A stretch of DNA of 64,000 bases from an uncultured Spirochaetota bacterium. GTDB lineage: Bacteria > Spirochaetota > Spirochaetia > SZUA-6 > CAVTHK01. Shown here one piece after another: positions 9,912-20,446 of this stretch (position 1 is the first letter of the stretch; each line of letters starts with the position of its first letter). Position numbers and translations under genes: made by a program. Location of the stretch: contig CAVTHK010000011.1 in the NCBI GenBank assembly GCA_963734495.1, positions 256,001 through 320,000 of the forward strand, written 5' to 3'. Under the pieces are notes generated by a model that had not been told where the DNA came from, made no database searches, and saw only the letters and a program-made list of their open reading frames with translations.

Positions 9912-11204
9912 GTGAGAAGACTGACCTGGGCGGCGGCGATCGTGATGTCGATCGTGCTCGTGTCGATGGCTTTCGCGGAGGGCTCCAAAGAGGGCGCGAG
10001 CACGGGCCCGGTGAACATGCGCTTCATGTGGTGGGGCAGCGACGTCAGGCACAAGGCTACGCTGGCCGCGATCGACCAATTCATGGCCAAGAACCCGAAC
10101 GTCAAGATCGAAGCCGAGTACGGCGGCTTTGACGGGTATCTGCAGAAGCTCACGACGCAGCTTTCCGGCGGAACAGCCCCTGACCTGATCCAGATCGACG
10201 TGCCGTGGCTGTACGCCTTCGCGCAACAGGGCGACCTGTTCGTCGATCTCTACAAGGCCATGGACACCTCGATGTTCGACAAGGGGGCCCTCAAGAAAGG
10301 CGAGGTCCGGGGCAAGCTCTGGGGGGTCCCGACCGGCGTGCTCTGCGAAGAGACCTTCGGCTTCAACGTAGACTTCTTCAAGCGTTTCGGGATCGATCCG
10401 AAGATCCAGTTCGACTGGGACAGCCTGATGAGGATCGGGACGGAGGTCCACAAGACGGACCCCAAGAGCTACCTCATGACCTCTCAGGCCGATTTTCCCG
10501 AGTTCTTCATGGTCTACATGCTGCAGCTCACCGGGAACGCCAACATGGTCAACGAGGACTACACGGTCGCATTTACCGAGGACCAGGCGCGGAACATGTT
10601 CACCTACCTGAAGCAGGGCATGGATGCAGGCGTCTTCATGCCACTGGACCTCGTCGTGCCCAACCAGGCCGTGCAGGAAAGCGCCATGTGGCAGAAGGGC
10701 CTGGTCGGCATGACGATTCTGCCGACGTCCACGATCACCGCCTACGTCAAGGCGTCGCCGTTCGAATTCGGCGGGACGCTGCTTCCGCTGCGGCCGGGAA
10801 CGAAGAACTCCGGGTACGAGATCCGTCCTTCGCAGATTCTCTCGGTGAACGCGCGGTCCAAGGCGATCCCGAAGACGCTCGACTTCATCAAGTTCTTCTT
10901 CACCGACGAGACCGCCGTCCTCACCCTGGCCGACACGCGCGGGGTGCCGGCCTCCGATTTCGGCCGCAATCTGCTGCTCAAGAACAACAAGCTCTCGCCG
11001 GTCATGAGGGAGGTGACGGACAAGGCGACGCGCAACCCCGGCCTCGAGCTCATCCCGCTCCATCACGACGAGGAGCTCGCCAAGATCGTGCAAGACCTCG
11101 TGGAAGGCGTGGGGTACGGCAAGGTCTCCCCCGACCAGGCCGCGGCCAACCTGGTCAAGCAGTACACGGACAAGCTCAAGGAGCTCAAGAGCCGCGCGCG
11201 GTGA
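9912..11204 (+). CDS. Sugar ABC solute-binding protein (YesO/TogB-like, possibly pectic oligosaccharide)
   Basis: GGAGGAGG RBS; 'MRFMWWGSDVRHKAT', 'YLQKLTTQLSGGTAPDLIQID'. Confidence 0.88.
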   Translation: MRRLTWAAAIVMSIVLVSMAFAEGSKEGASTGPVNMRFMWWGSDVRHKATLAAIDQFMAKNPNVKIEAEYGGFDGYLQKLTTQLSGGTAPDLIQIDVPWLYAFAQQGDLFVDLYKAMDTSMFDKGALKKGEVRGKLWGVPTGVLCEETFGFNVDFFKRFGIDPKIQFDWDSLMRIGTEVHKTDPKSYLMTSQADFPEFFMVYMLQLTGNANMVNEDYTVAFTEDQARNMFTYLKQGMDAGVFMPLDLVVPNQAVQESAMWQKGLVGMTILPTSTITAYVKASPFEFGGTLLPLRPGTKNSGYEIRPSQILSVNARSKAIPKTLDFIKFFFTDETAVLTLADTRGVPASDFGRNLLLKNNKLSPVMREVTDKATRNPGLELIPLHHDEELAKIVQDLVEGVGYGKVSPDQAAANLVKQYTDKLKELKSRAR

Positions 11205-11277
11205 TTCCAGACCGCAGTGGGTGGGGGAGGGGCCGACCCTCCCTCGCCGCGCGCGGCCGGCGGGAACGGGAGACGCC

Positions 11278-12169
11278 ATGGGATCGATCAGAAGGCGGGG
11301 CTACGTCGGCTTCGCGTACATCGCGCCGTGGGTCGTCGGACTCTCGGTGTTTCAGCTCTATCCGTTTGTCGCCTCGCTCGTGTACTCCCTGACCGAGTAC
11401 AGCATCCTCTCGCGGGCCCGGTTTGTCGGGTTCCGCAACTACGTGGACATGTTCACCAAAGACCCGCTGTTCTTCCAGTCGCTCAAGGTGACGTTCATCT
11501 ACGTGGCGCTTGCTGTACCGCTCAAGCTCGTCTTCGCTCTGATGGTGGCGATGCTCCTCAACATGAAGCTCCGCGCCATCAACCTGTACCGAACCCTGCT
11601 CTACCTGCCGAGCATCCTCGGAGGCAGCGTCGCGGTGTCGGTGCTGTGGCGCGCGGCTCTTCATGAACGAGGGGATCGTCAACAGCATCCTCGCCGTCGT
11701 CGGGATCCCCGGCGTGAAGTGGCTCGGCGACCCCAAGGTCGCCATTTTCACGATCAGCCTCCTGCAGGTGTGGCAGTTCGGATCCTCCATGGTCGTGTTC
11801 CTCGCGGGACTCAAGCAGATCCCTCGCGAGCTCTACGAGTCCGCGCGGGTCGACGGAGCCGGGCGGATCGCGGAGTTCCTTCACATCACGATCCCGCTGC
11901 TGACGCCCATGATCTTCTTCAACCTGATCATGCAGACCATCAACGCGTTCCAGCACTTTACCGAAGCCGTGGTGATCACGCGCGGAGGCCCGCTGAACTC
12001 CACCTACGTCTACGCGATGAAGCTCTACCGGGAGGCGTTCGAGTACTTCAAGATGGGTTACGCATCGGGTCTCTCGTGGGTGCTCTTCACCATCATCATG
12101 ACCTTCACCTTCCTGATCTTCAGGACTTCCTCGGCCTGGGTCTACTACGAGGACAGCGGCAAAAGATGA
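11278..12169 (+). CDS. Sugar ABC permease (YesP/TogM-like; frameshift near 11655)
   Basis: YLPSILGGSVAVSVLW, WQFGSSMVVFLAGLKQIP, EAA loop, ends WVYYED. Confidence 0.85.
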
Positions 12170-12993
12170 AGAAGGCTATCGTTGCAAACGGCGCGATCCT
12201 GCTGCTCGTGGCGGTCATGCTCTACCCGCTCGTGTGGCTGGCCTTTGCGTCGCTCAAGCCCTCCGCCGAGATCTTCCACTCGATCCGGATGCTTCCGCGG
12301 AAGGTAACCCTGGAAGGGTACATTCAGGGGTGGCGGGGCTCCGGGCAGTACGGTTTCGGCCTGTTCTTCGCCAACAGCTTCAAGCTGGTGCTGCCGACCG
12401 TCGTCTTCACCATCATCTCCTCGGTTGTCGTGGCCTACGGTTTCGCCCGCTTCGACTTCCCGACGCGGAACTTCCTGTTCATGGTCATGCTCTCCACGCT
12501 CATGCTTCCGGGCGCGGTCCTGATCATCCCTCAGTTCCTGCTCTTCAGGAACCTCGGCTGGCTCAACAGCTACCTGCCGTTCATGATCCCTGCGCTCTTC
12601 GCCTGCCATCCCTTCTTCATCTTCCTCATGGTCCAGTTCCTGCGCGGCATCCCGCGCGAGCTCGATGAATCGGCCGTCATCGACGGCTGCAATTCGTTCC
12701 GCATCCTCACGCGTATCCTGCTGCCGCTGGCAAAGCCGGCCGTGTTCTCCGTCGGGATCTTCCAGTTCGTCTGGACGTGGAACAACTTCTTCACCTCGCT
12801 GATCTACATCAACAGCGTGCGCAAGTTCCCGGTGTCGCTGGGACTGAAGATGTCGCTCGACACGAGCACGGAGGTGCTCTGGAACCAGATCCTTGCCATG
12901 TCGATCGTGGCCATGGCTCCCTGCGTCGTGCTCTTCTTTTTCGCCCAGAAGCATTTTGTCGAAGGGATCGCGACGCAGGGGCTCAAGGGGTAG
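12166..12993 (+). CDS. Sugar ABC permease (YesQ/TogN-like)
   Basis: ATGA overlap; ELDESAVIDG, WTWNNFF, QKHFVEGIATQGLKG. Confidence 0.9.
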   Translation: MKKAIVANGAILLLVAVMLYPLVWLAFASLKPSAEIFHSIRMLPRKVTLEGYIQGWRGSGQYGFGLFFANSFKLVLPTVVFTIISSVVVAYGFARFDFPTRNFLFMVMLSTLMLPGAVLIIPQFLLFRNLGWLNSYLPFMIPALFACHPFFIFLMVQFLRGIPRELDESAVIDGCNSFRILTRILLPLAKPAVFSVGIFQFVWTWNNFFTSLIYINSVRKFPVSLGLKMSLDTSTEVLWNQILAMSIVAMAPCVVLFFFAQKHFVEGIATQGLKG

Positions 12994-13000
12994 GGCACCC

Positions 13001-13070
13001 GGCCCCGGCCGGCATCGGCCGGCACCGGCCGCCCGGCGACGCACGGCGACACACGGCGACGCCCGGCGAC
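13001..13070. repeat. Tandem array of 10-bp GC-rich units
   Basis: GGCCCCGGCC GGCATCGGCC GGCACCGGCC, then GCCCGGCGAC GCACGGCGAC ACACGGCGAC GCCCGGCGAC. Confidence 0.6.
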
Positions 13071-13120
13071 ACGCGCGATTTGCCTGCGGGCGCGCGCGCG
13101 CGGCTATGATGCGCGCTGCC

Positions 13121-14250
13121 ATGGCGAGAAACCTCGAAGTCGTGCGGGTCGAAGGCCGCGGAGCCGGCGAGACGGGAGTTCATCGACTTCCCGAAGCGGT
13201 TGTACCGCGGCTGCGCCCAGTGGGTCCCATGGTTCGACCTGGACATGAGGGCGCTGCTGCGGCGGAAGCACCCGTACTTCGGGCAGGCGAGCGGCGACTT
13301 CTTTCTCGTGCGCGAGGGGGGCCGGACCCTCGGCCGCGCGTGCGTGACGAAGAACCCGTCCTACATCGGCCAGCACCAGACGTCATGCGCCCACTTCTAC
13401 TTTTTCGACGTCGAAGATGATGCCGACGCTGCGAAAGCGCTCGTCGAGCGGCTGTGCGCGTGGGCGCGCGAGCAGGGGCTGGCGCTCCTCCGCGGACCCA
13501 TGCTCCTCGGCGGCGCCTCGGGCAGCGGGATCCTGGTGCGGGGGTTCGAGCACCGCGCCGCGATGACCATGATGCCGTACAACTACCCGTACTACGGCGC
13601 GCTGCTCGAGCGGCTCGGGTTCGCGCAAGCACGTGGACCTGTACTCGATGGACCTGCCGCCGGCCTCCTTCCGGCTGCCCGAGCGCATCTCCTCCGTGGC
13701 GGACAAGGTGCTCAAGCGCGGACGCTTCGCCGTGCTGCGCTTCACGACCAAGAGGACCGTTCTGCGGGTCGCGGACAGGATCGCCGCGCTCTACAACGAG
13801 ACGCTCGGCGACCACCTCGAAGACTACCCGCTGAGCGAAGCGGAGCTGGAGCAGGTCAAGAAGGACCTGCTCGTCATCGCGGACCCCCGCTTGATCAAGA
13901 TCCTCACGTACGACGGAGCGGTGGTGGGCTACCTCTTCGCCTTCCGCGACCTCTCGGACGCGCTGCAGAAGAACCGCGGGCGCCTGGGTCCCCTCGAGCT
14001 GCTGCGCCTGCTCGCGGCAATGCGGCGAAGCGACGGGCTCATCGTCAACGGCATGGGCATCCTCTCGCAGTACCAGCGGCTCGGCGGCAACGCGCTGTTG
14101 TACGCCGAGCTCGCGAGGACCGTGGGCGGCGCCTTCGGCCGCGCGGAGCTCGTGCAGGTCTCGGAGCGCACGGAGATGATGCTGCGCGACATCGAGACGC
14201 TCGGCGGCAGCGTGTCCAAGGTGCACCGGATGTACGAGCGGGCGTGCTGA
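13121..14250 (+). CDS. YghO-like tandem GNAT acyltransferase (bacterial ceramide-synthase-like family); frameshifts near 13165 and 13630
   Basis: FIDFPKRLY..WVP, HPYF, LGR, FYFFD, LRGPM, G.LV.GF...MPYNYPYY..LLERLGF.K..DL, AELVQVSE..M, K.HRMY. Confidence 0.7.
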
Positions 14251-14270
14251 TCCGGGCGCCAGGCGCCCGG

Positions 14271-15186
14271 CTACAGCAGCAGCTTGACGACCATCGCGGC
14301 GAGGAGCGCCGCCGGGTACGCGCTGGCGCGGTTGAAGAGGCGGAACACCGCGTCGCGCCGCCGGCATGCGGCGAGGCGCGCGGCCGGCAGCAGGAGCAGG
14401 GCGACGCCCGAGGCCAGCGACACGGCCGCGAACTCCAGCCGATGCGCGCGCGCGAGAAGCGCGACCAGTGCGAGCTGCACGGCGACCGCCGCGGCCAGCG
14501 CGGCGAGCGCCAGCCTCGCGGCGCTCGCTTCGCCGAGCCGCGCCGGAATCGTCGCGGCGCCGAGCCTTCGATCTTCTTCAATATCCGTCCAGTCGGACGG
14601 GATGTTCTGTCCGCCGATCTCCACGAGGAACACCCACAGCCCCAGCAGCGCAAAGGGCAGCAGGCTCGGGCTCGGGTCGACGGCGAGCACGGCCGCGAGC
14701 GGCCCGAGCGTCTTGACCACGCCGCTGAGCAGGCGCCCGCAGCGGCGAGACGCAGCACAGGCGGCAGTACGCGATCTCGGCCAGGAACCCGGCAACGAAT
14801 AGAAGAAGGCAGACAGGGTTCAATGCGAGCGAACCGGCCGCCGCCACCGCGGCCCAGGAGAGCGCCCACGCGAGGGCCTGGCGCGTGGTGAGCAGGCCGC
14901 GCGCGAGAGGGTGGCGCACGAGGACGGCGTCGAGGTAGCCTCCGGCCTCGCGGTAGCCGGCGCGGACTTTCTCCCGGTCGACGTCGCGGTCGACGATGTC
15001 GTTGAGCGCGTAGATCGCGGCGTAGGCAGCGAACACCGTGAGCAGCCCGACCGCGGTCACCGCCGGCGGGTGGAAGCTGTCGGCCCACATCAGGGCCGCG
15101 AGCGCCGGCGCGGCGAGGTCGAGCGCCGCGTGGGGCGCCCGGGAGAGAGCGAGGTAGGTGCCGAGACGTGCTGGCGGGTTTCTCAT
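14271..15186 (-). CDS. UbiA-family prenyltransferase (frameshift near 14740)
   Basis: YALNDIVDRDVD (NDxxDxxxD), HPLARG, second motif 'DWTDIEEDRRLGAATIP'; multiple TM helices. Confidence 0.85.
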
Positions 15187-15219
15187 CGCGCCTTCCGTGC
15201 CCCCCGGCGACGCAAGCGT

Positions 15220-15834
15220 TCAGCCGCGAGCGGCCCCGCGCCCGTCCTTGACCGCGACGGCCACGATCCGGTTCCGCGTCTCGCGGTAGCCGGGAACCAG
15301 CGCCAGGCCCGCCGCCTCGAGCTGGGCGCGGAACTCGGGTCCGGAGAAGCGGTCGTCGCGCGGGTGCAGCAGGAAGTGACGCCAGAAGGCGTTCGCATAC
15401 AGCGCCGGGTAGATCTCCTCGAAGTAGAAGGCGCCGCCCGGCTTGAGCACCCTCGCGATCTCGCGGATGCCCTTCCGCCAGTCCTCGAGATGGTGGATGA
15501 TCCCGAAGTTGAAGACCGCGTCCATGCAGGCATCGTCGTACGGGAGCGCCTGCGCATCCGCAACGCGGAACGCGGCCTCGCGCATCGCTTCGCGCCGCTT
15601 GCGTCGCTCCGCCCGCCTCACCATCGCGGGATCGATGTCGATGGCGTCCACACGCGTCGGCGCGAAGGCGCGCCGGATGAGCTCGACACCGACGCCACGG
15701 CCGCACCCGATCTCCAGCGCGCGGCCCCCCGGCTCCAGGCGTCGCGCGCGGCGGAAGTACGCGATCTCGCGGAGCTGGGTGATCGTGCGCAGCGGGCTGT
15801 TGACCCAGACCGCCTCGACCCAGTTGACCTTCAC
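15220..15834 (-). CDS. Class I SAM-dependent methyltransferase
   Basis: LEIGCGRG, IDIDP, DAQALPY, IIHHL, RVLKPGG; GTG overlaps the stop of the upstream gene. Confidence 0.9.
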   Translation of the reverse strand: MKVNWVEAVWVNSPLRTITQLREIAYFRRARRLEPGGRALEIGCGRGVGVELIRRAFAPTRVDAIDIDPAMVRRAERRKRREAMREAAFRVADAQALPYDDACMDAVFNFGIIHHLEDWRKGIREIARVLKPGGAFYFEEIYPALYANAFWRHFLLHPRDDRFSGPEFRAQLEAAGLALVPGYRETRNRIVAVAVKDGRGAARG

Positions 15835-16646
15835 TTTCTATTTCCCGGCTTTCTCGCGCGGTAGATCTTGGCCGTGCCGAAGGTGATGGGGATGACCTCG
15901 GTGTCGCCGAACCCGGCCGCGCGCATCTCCGCCTGAAACGCGTCGTCCGACGGAAACTGGTAGACCGAGTGCATGAGGTAGCTGTACGCGTAGTCGGTGC
16001 GCGAAAGCCAGTTGCCCACGAGCGGCATGACGTGGTCGAAGTACCAGCGGTACACCGCCGCCGACGACGCCCGAGTCCGGTATGGCCATCTCCATGATCT
16101 GGAGGAGCCCTCCGGGCCTGAGGATCCGGCAGCACTCGCGAAGGACCTGAGTGCGCTCGGCGATGTTGCGGATGCCGAACGACATCGTGACCGCGTCCAC
16201 GCACGCGTCCGGGAGCGTCAGCGCGCGCGAGATCGCCGGTGCGCAGCTCGATCCTGTCCTCGAGCCCGAGGCCGCGGATCTTGCGGCGGGCCACGCGCAG
16301 CATCCCTTCGGAAAAGTCGACCCCCACCACGTGGGCGTCCGGGTAGCGCGCGGCAGGTGGCGATCGCGATCTCGCCGGTGCCGACGGCCATGTCGCCGAC
16401 GCGGCTCCCGCGCGGGAGGCGAAGGTGCCGGACGAAGATGCGTCTCCAGTGCCGATCGCGTCCCAGGGACAGCATCCGGTTCTGCACGTCGTAGGTCGAT
16501 GCCGTGGTCTCGAACATGCTTCGGACTTCGCGGTCCGTCATTCTGCCCGAGACCTCGGCCGGTCCGCGTGCATCCGCTCGCCAGGTCGTGATGCGCCCGA
16601 GGGCGCGGGCCGGTCGCCGGCGGTCGCTTGTGAGCGTACGAGCCAC
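15831..16646 (-). CDS. ubiE: UbiE/MenG quinone C-methyltransferase (several frameshifts; alternative start 16541)
   Basis: MFETTASTYDVQNRMLSLGRDRHWR, DMAVGTG, DFSEGML, SFGIRN, RILRPGG, AYSYLMHSVYQFP. Confidence 0.85.
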
Positions 16647-16697
16647 GTGGGCACCCCCTTTCCTGAAGCACTGTGAACCAGAATCGCCGGTCGCGCA

Positions 16698-16723
16698 ACA
16701 ACTTTCGACACACAACTTTCGAC
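16698..16723. promoter_or_regulatory. 12-bp perfect direct repeat, candidate regulator site upstream of ubiE-like gene
   Basis: ACAACTTTCGAC at 16698-16709 and 16712-16723. Confidence 0.45.
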
Positions 16724-16762
16724 GACCCGCCCGACTGGAACCGAGTCGGAGCCCGGTCGGAG

Positions 16763-17566
16763 CTACTTGAGCCCCACCGCCTTGAAGAACGTGTAGGAGA
16801 AGGTCCCGTCGGGCTCCGCAGCGCGGTAGAGGTCGCGAACGCCCCGCTCCCACCCGGCGCGGTCCATCAGGCCCTGCCCGACCGCCTGCGCCCCGACTCC
16901 CTCGACCATCGCGGCGAACGTCCTGCGCGTGAAGCCGTCTGCCATCGCAGGGCGGCTGCCGTCGGCGTAGACGACGCGGGGCGAGACGCGCACGCCGCGA
17001 AACGCGGCGGCCGCGACCAGCGGGTAGAGGCGGCGGCCGATGAGGCTGTCGCCGCCCGCGCGGCGCTGCAGCTCCACGAGGCACTCGATCGCCCGCCGCG
17101 CGGCCGCGCTGTCGGGGTGAAAGTAGGCGGAGCCGTGGTCGCCTTCGATCACGGTGATGGTCCCTCCCGGCTTCAGGACCTCGCGCAGCCGCGCGAGCGC
17201 GCCCGCGGGGTCCTGCAGGTGCTCGAGCACGAAGCAGACGAACACGTGGTCAAAGTGATCCGCGGGGAACGGGAGCGCGAAGATGTCGGCCTGCCGGAAG
17301 TTGACGTTGGCGACGCGCGCCAGCCTCGCGCGCTCCCGCGCCTCGGCCAGCGAGGTCGCCGAAAGGTCCACGGAGACGAAGCTCGCCTCCGGGCTGTTGG
17401 TCGCCAGCGTGACGGTCTGGGCGCCGACACCGCAGCCCGCCTCGAGGACCAGGCTGCCCGCCGGGTACCTGGTGTCCGAGTGCAGCAGGTCGCTCAGAGT
17501 CGCGGCCTGGTCGAGCAGCCGCGTGTTCTCGCGGTCGGAGTAGCCGTGGACGTAGTCGCCGGTCAA
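16763..17566 (-). CDS. Class I SAM-dependent methyltransferase
   Basis: YVHGYS..E..RL.DQA, LEAGCGVG, CFVLEHL, LKPGG; TTG start after GGGAGG. Confidence 0.88.
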   Translation of the reverse strand: MTGDYVHGYSDRENTRLLDQAATLSDLLHSDTRYPAGSLVLEAGCGVGAQTVTLATNSPEASFVSVDLSATSLAEARERARLARVANVNFRQADIFALPFPADHFDHVFVCFVLEHLQDPAGALARLREVLKPGGTITVIEGDHGSAYFHPDSAAARRAIECLVELQRRAGGDSLIGRRLYPLVAAAAFRGVRVSPRVVYADGSRPAMADGFTRRTFAAMVEGVGAQAVGQGLMDRAGWERGVRDLYRAAEPDGTFSYTFFKAVGLK

Positions 17567-17581
17567 CGGATGCCTCCCTCC

Positions 17582-18870
17582 CTATGCCTTGAGCAGCATT
17601 CTCTGCGCTTCGAGCGCCCGATCGAAGCAGAACAGCCGGTGCTCGGCGATCGGGGTCCAGCCCCTGCCGTCGGAGTTCCAGGCGAGGAGAAGCGTCTTGA
17701 GGATCGCGGTGCGGCGTTCGGGGTCGAGCCTGCCTTCCTTTTCCCTGGAACATCTCGCAGGCCCGCGCGCACAGACCGTTGAGCACGGCGTTGTCGGGCT
17801 CGCGCTGCCAGCAGGGCGAAGTCCCGCTGCGAGCTCCAGGAGCCGGACTTTACGTACACGGCCGGCCTGGGCGAGGCCGGCGCGGCCGGCGCCGCCTGCC
17901 GGTCCGCCGCTTCGCGCGCGTACGCACCCGGCAGCACGAGCCCGGTGTCGGGGCTCTCCGCGAGGGCGCGCAGCAGCAGCTCCAGGCGCTCGACGGGTAT
18001 GGGCTCCTTGATCGTGTTGCCGCCGTAACCGAAGAACTCGATGTCGCCAAAGTAGGGAAGAAGAAGCCCGTCGCGCCGGCCGCTCGCGCCGCGCGCGCGA
18101 CCAGCGCGCACGAAGCGGCGCTCAGAAAGCATCGCGACGCGCGAAAGGCAGATCAGCGAGTACGCGAGCCAGGCGGCGTCGCACGGGATCGCGGCGAGCG
18201 TCGCGCCTCCGGTGCCCAGCCAGTCGAACGGCTCCCTGACGGAGTGCGAACGAGGTGGCGCTCCACGCGCAGCAGGTGGCCGAGCTGCGAGAGGGGACCG
18301 CGGTACTTGGCGCGCGCGGTCAGGTGGCCGAGCGACGGCGCCACGCGCTCGAACTCGTTGTAGTCGTTGAGGTCGCCGCGGCGGCTCATCGCGACGAGGT
18401 CCGCGTCGATGAACGAGCAGCGATAGCCGGCGGCAGCCAGCACCCCCGGCAGAAAGGGAGCGGTCGCCATCTCGGGCGGGAAGAACGCGTCGGGCGCGAC
18501 GCCCAGAACGCGGGCCGCGGTCTCGCGAAAGAGGCCGACGTCCTCGGCCGCGAGCTCGGGCGGCAGGATCGGCAGGATCGCGTGGGCCCAGCTCGTGCCC
18601 GTGATCTCGACGCGACCGGCCGCCGACCAGCTCCCGCAGCAGCGCCACGGCCTCGGCGCTGCCCTCGTAGAGCTCGCGGTGCTCGCCGTTGAGCAGCTCG
18701 AGGGTGTAGCCGGAAAAGTTCAGCGCCACGCGGGCGCCGTCGATGCCCCGGATCGTCCGCAGCACGGGAAGGTAGCTCCGCTGCACCAGGATCGGGATCC
18801 GCTCGAGGGGCACCTCTGCGTACAGCAGGTTCCCGTGCAGCAGCATCGCGCAGGATCTTTTCGCGCTCAC
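17582..18870 (-). CDS. GH57 glycoside hydrolase resembling Pyrococcus alpha-galactosidase GalA (several frameshifts)
   Basis: HGNLLYAEVP, LNFSGYTL, EITGTSWAHAILP, FFPPEM (nucleophile), GDIEF (acid/base), SGSW, NSDGRGW.P..E.RL. Confidence 0.75.
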
Positions 18871-19117
18871 GGCCGACGATTGTACACCCGATCCGGTACC
18901 TGTGGGGCGCGTCCCCGCCGGGGCTCGCACCGTTGCGGGGCGGGGACCAGGCTGCTCCGGGCTCCGGTCCTCGCCCTGTGGGCGCTTCGCCGCGTGCCCC
19001 GGCCCGGCGCACTCGCCGGGCTCGGACCACGCCCGGCCTCGCGGCCGGGCGTGCCCTCCGCATCCTTCGCGCGGGGAGCGCGAGACGGCGCGGCCGTCAC
19101 CTGTGCTCTACGTTAGC

Positions 19118-20414
19118 TCAGCCCTCGCGGCGGGCCGCGGTGCGCGCGATCCGCGGGTCCGACACGCCCCACCGCAGCAGGGCCCAGCCCGCGAGCGCTA
19201 TCGCGAGGGCGACGGCGAACAGCGGCGCGAAGCCGGCCGCGTCGAGCACCCAGCCACCGATCACGGGCGCGAGCAGCGTGGGAAAGGCGAGCAGCGTGCC
19301 CGAGAGGGCCGTGAACGTCGGCAGCTTCTCGATCTTCCCGAACTCCATCGTGATGCAGCTCCGCGAGATCCCCATCCCCGCCACCGAGAGGTTCGCCAGG
19401 ATGAACACGGGGTAGAGCCACGACGGCGCTCGGGATGAACAGCATCAGGACGAGGGCGGCGATGCCGAGCCACGAGCTGAGCTCGGCCGTCCACTTGTGC
19501 CCGAGCCGGTCGGAGAGCCAGCCGAGGACGGGCGTGCCCGCGCTCTGCGTGACGAGCGCGACCATCGTCAGCCCGGCGGCGAACGCGTCGTTCGAGCCGA
19601 AGTGGTAGCGGCCGTAGATGATGTAGAAGCTCGCGGCCATGGTCCCGAGGATAAAGAGCGTCTGGCTCGCGAGGTACATCGAGAAGTTGCGGTCGCGCTT
19701 GAGGATCTCCGGCAGCTCCCTGAGGTACTCGACGAGCGGGGGCACCGCGGCGGCGACCTTCTTCTCAGGTTCCCTGTTCAGGGTGAGAAAGAAAAAGGAC
19801 AGCGCCTGCCCGACGAACGACAGCAGGAAGCACAGGCCGTACGAGACGGGGAAGCTGCGCGTCTCGAGGATCCAGCGGGCGAGCCAGGCGCCGCCCACGC
19901 CGAGAAAGCCGCCGGCGCCGACGCCCAGGCTGAAGAGCAGCCCGCGGCGATCGGGGTGGATCACCTTGCCGAGCATCGCCTTCCACGCGGGGGTGGCGAG
20001 GCCGGCGCACCCCGTCGCGATGCCGATGTTCACCGCGAGCATCGTGTACGCGAACCACGACGGCGCCCTGGGCCACAGAAAGATCGCCAGCGCGATGAAG
20101 AGGTAGGGCATCCTCTCCATGACGCTGATGCGCACGACGTACGGCTTGAAGCGGGAGAGGGTCTCGGATTTCCGCGCAGTGAGCAGCTGCGGCAGCAGGT
20201 AGCCGACCTGCTGGATCGCCGGGATCAGGCCGATCAGGACGGCGGACGAGGTGAGGTAGCTGGCGTAGAGCGTGAGGATGGTGGAGGAAAAGATGAAGCT
20301 CTTCGCCAGGTTGACGGAGATGAGGTCCCCCGCGTTGACGGCGAAGTTCCAGCGCCTGTGCTGCTCGACGAGCTCGTCGCATGTCGCGCCGGCCCCGTCG
20401 CGGGTCGCCTGCAT
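19118..20414 (-). CDS. MFS transporter (frameshift near 19425)
   Basis: About 12 hydrophobic segments, GWLSDRLGHK motif A, 'PAWKAMLGKVIHPDRRG'. Confidence 0.85.
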
Positions 20415-20446
20415 GACCGCTTCGTACGGTGGAGGGGGCAGGTGTG

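Noticed and set aside
11221-12993. Apparent 590-aa fused double permease
   Set aside because: Chimaera from the frameshift near 11655; the second permease starts at ATG 12166 (same artefact type as 31719..33455, 50645..52705 and 61138..63330, which are upstream read-throughs)
13001-13070. Repeat array as possible CRISPR
   Set aside because: 10-bp units without spacers and no cas genes in the window
14045-16330. 761-aa minus-strand ORF and overlapping 13200..14891
   Set aside because: Only the first segment is coding (UbiE or GNAT piece); the rest is Arg/Pro/Ala-rich off-frame read-through typical of high-GC DNA
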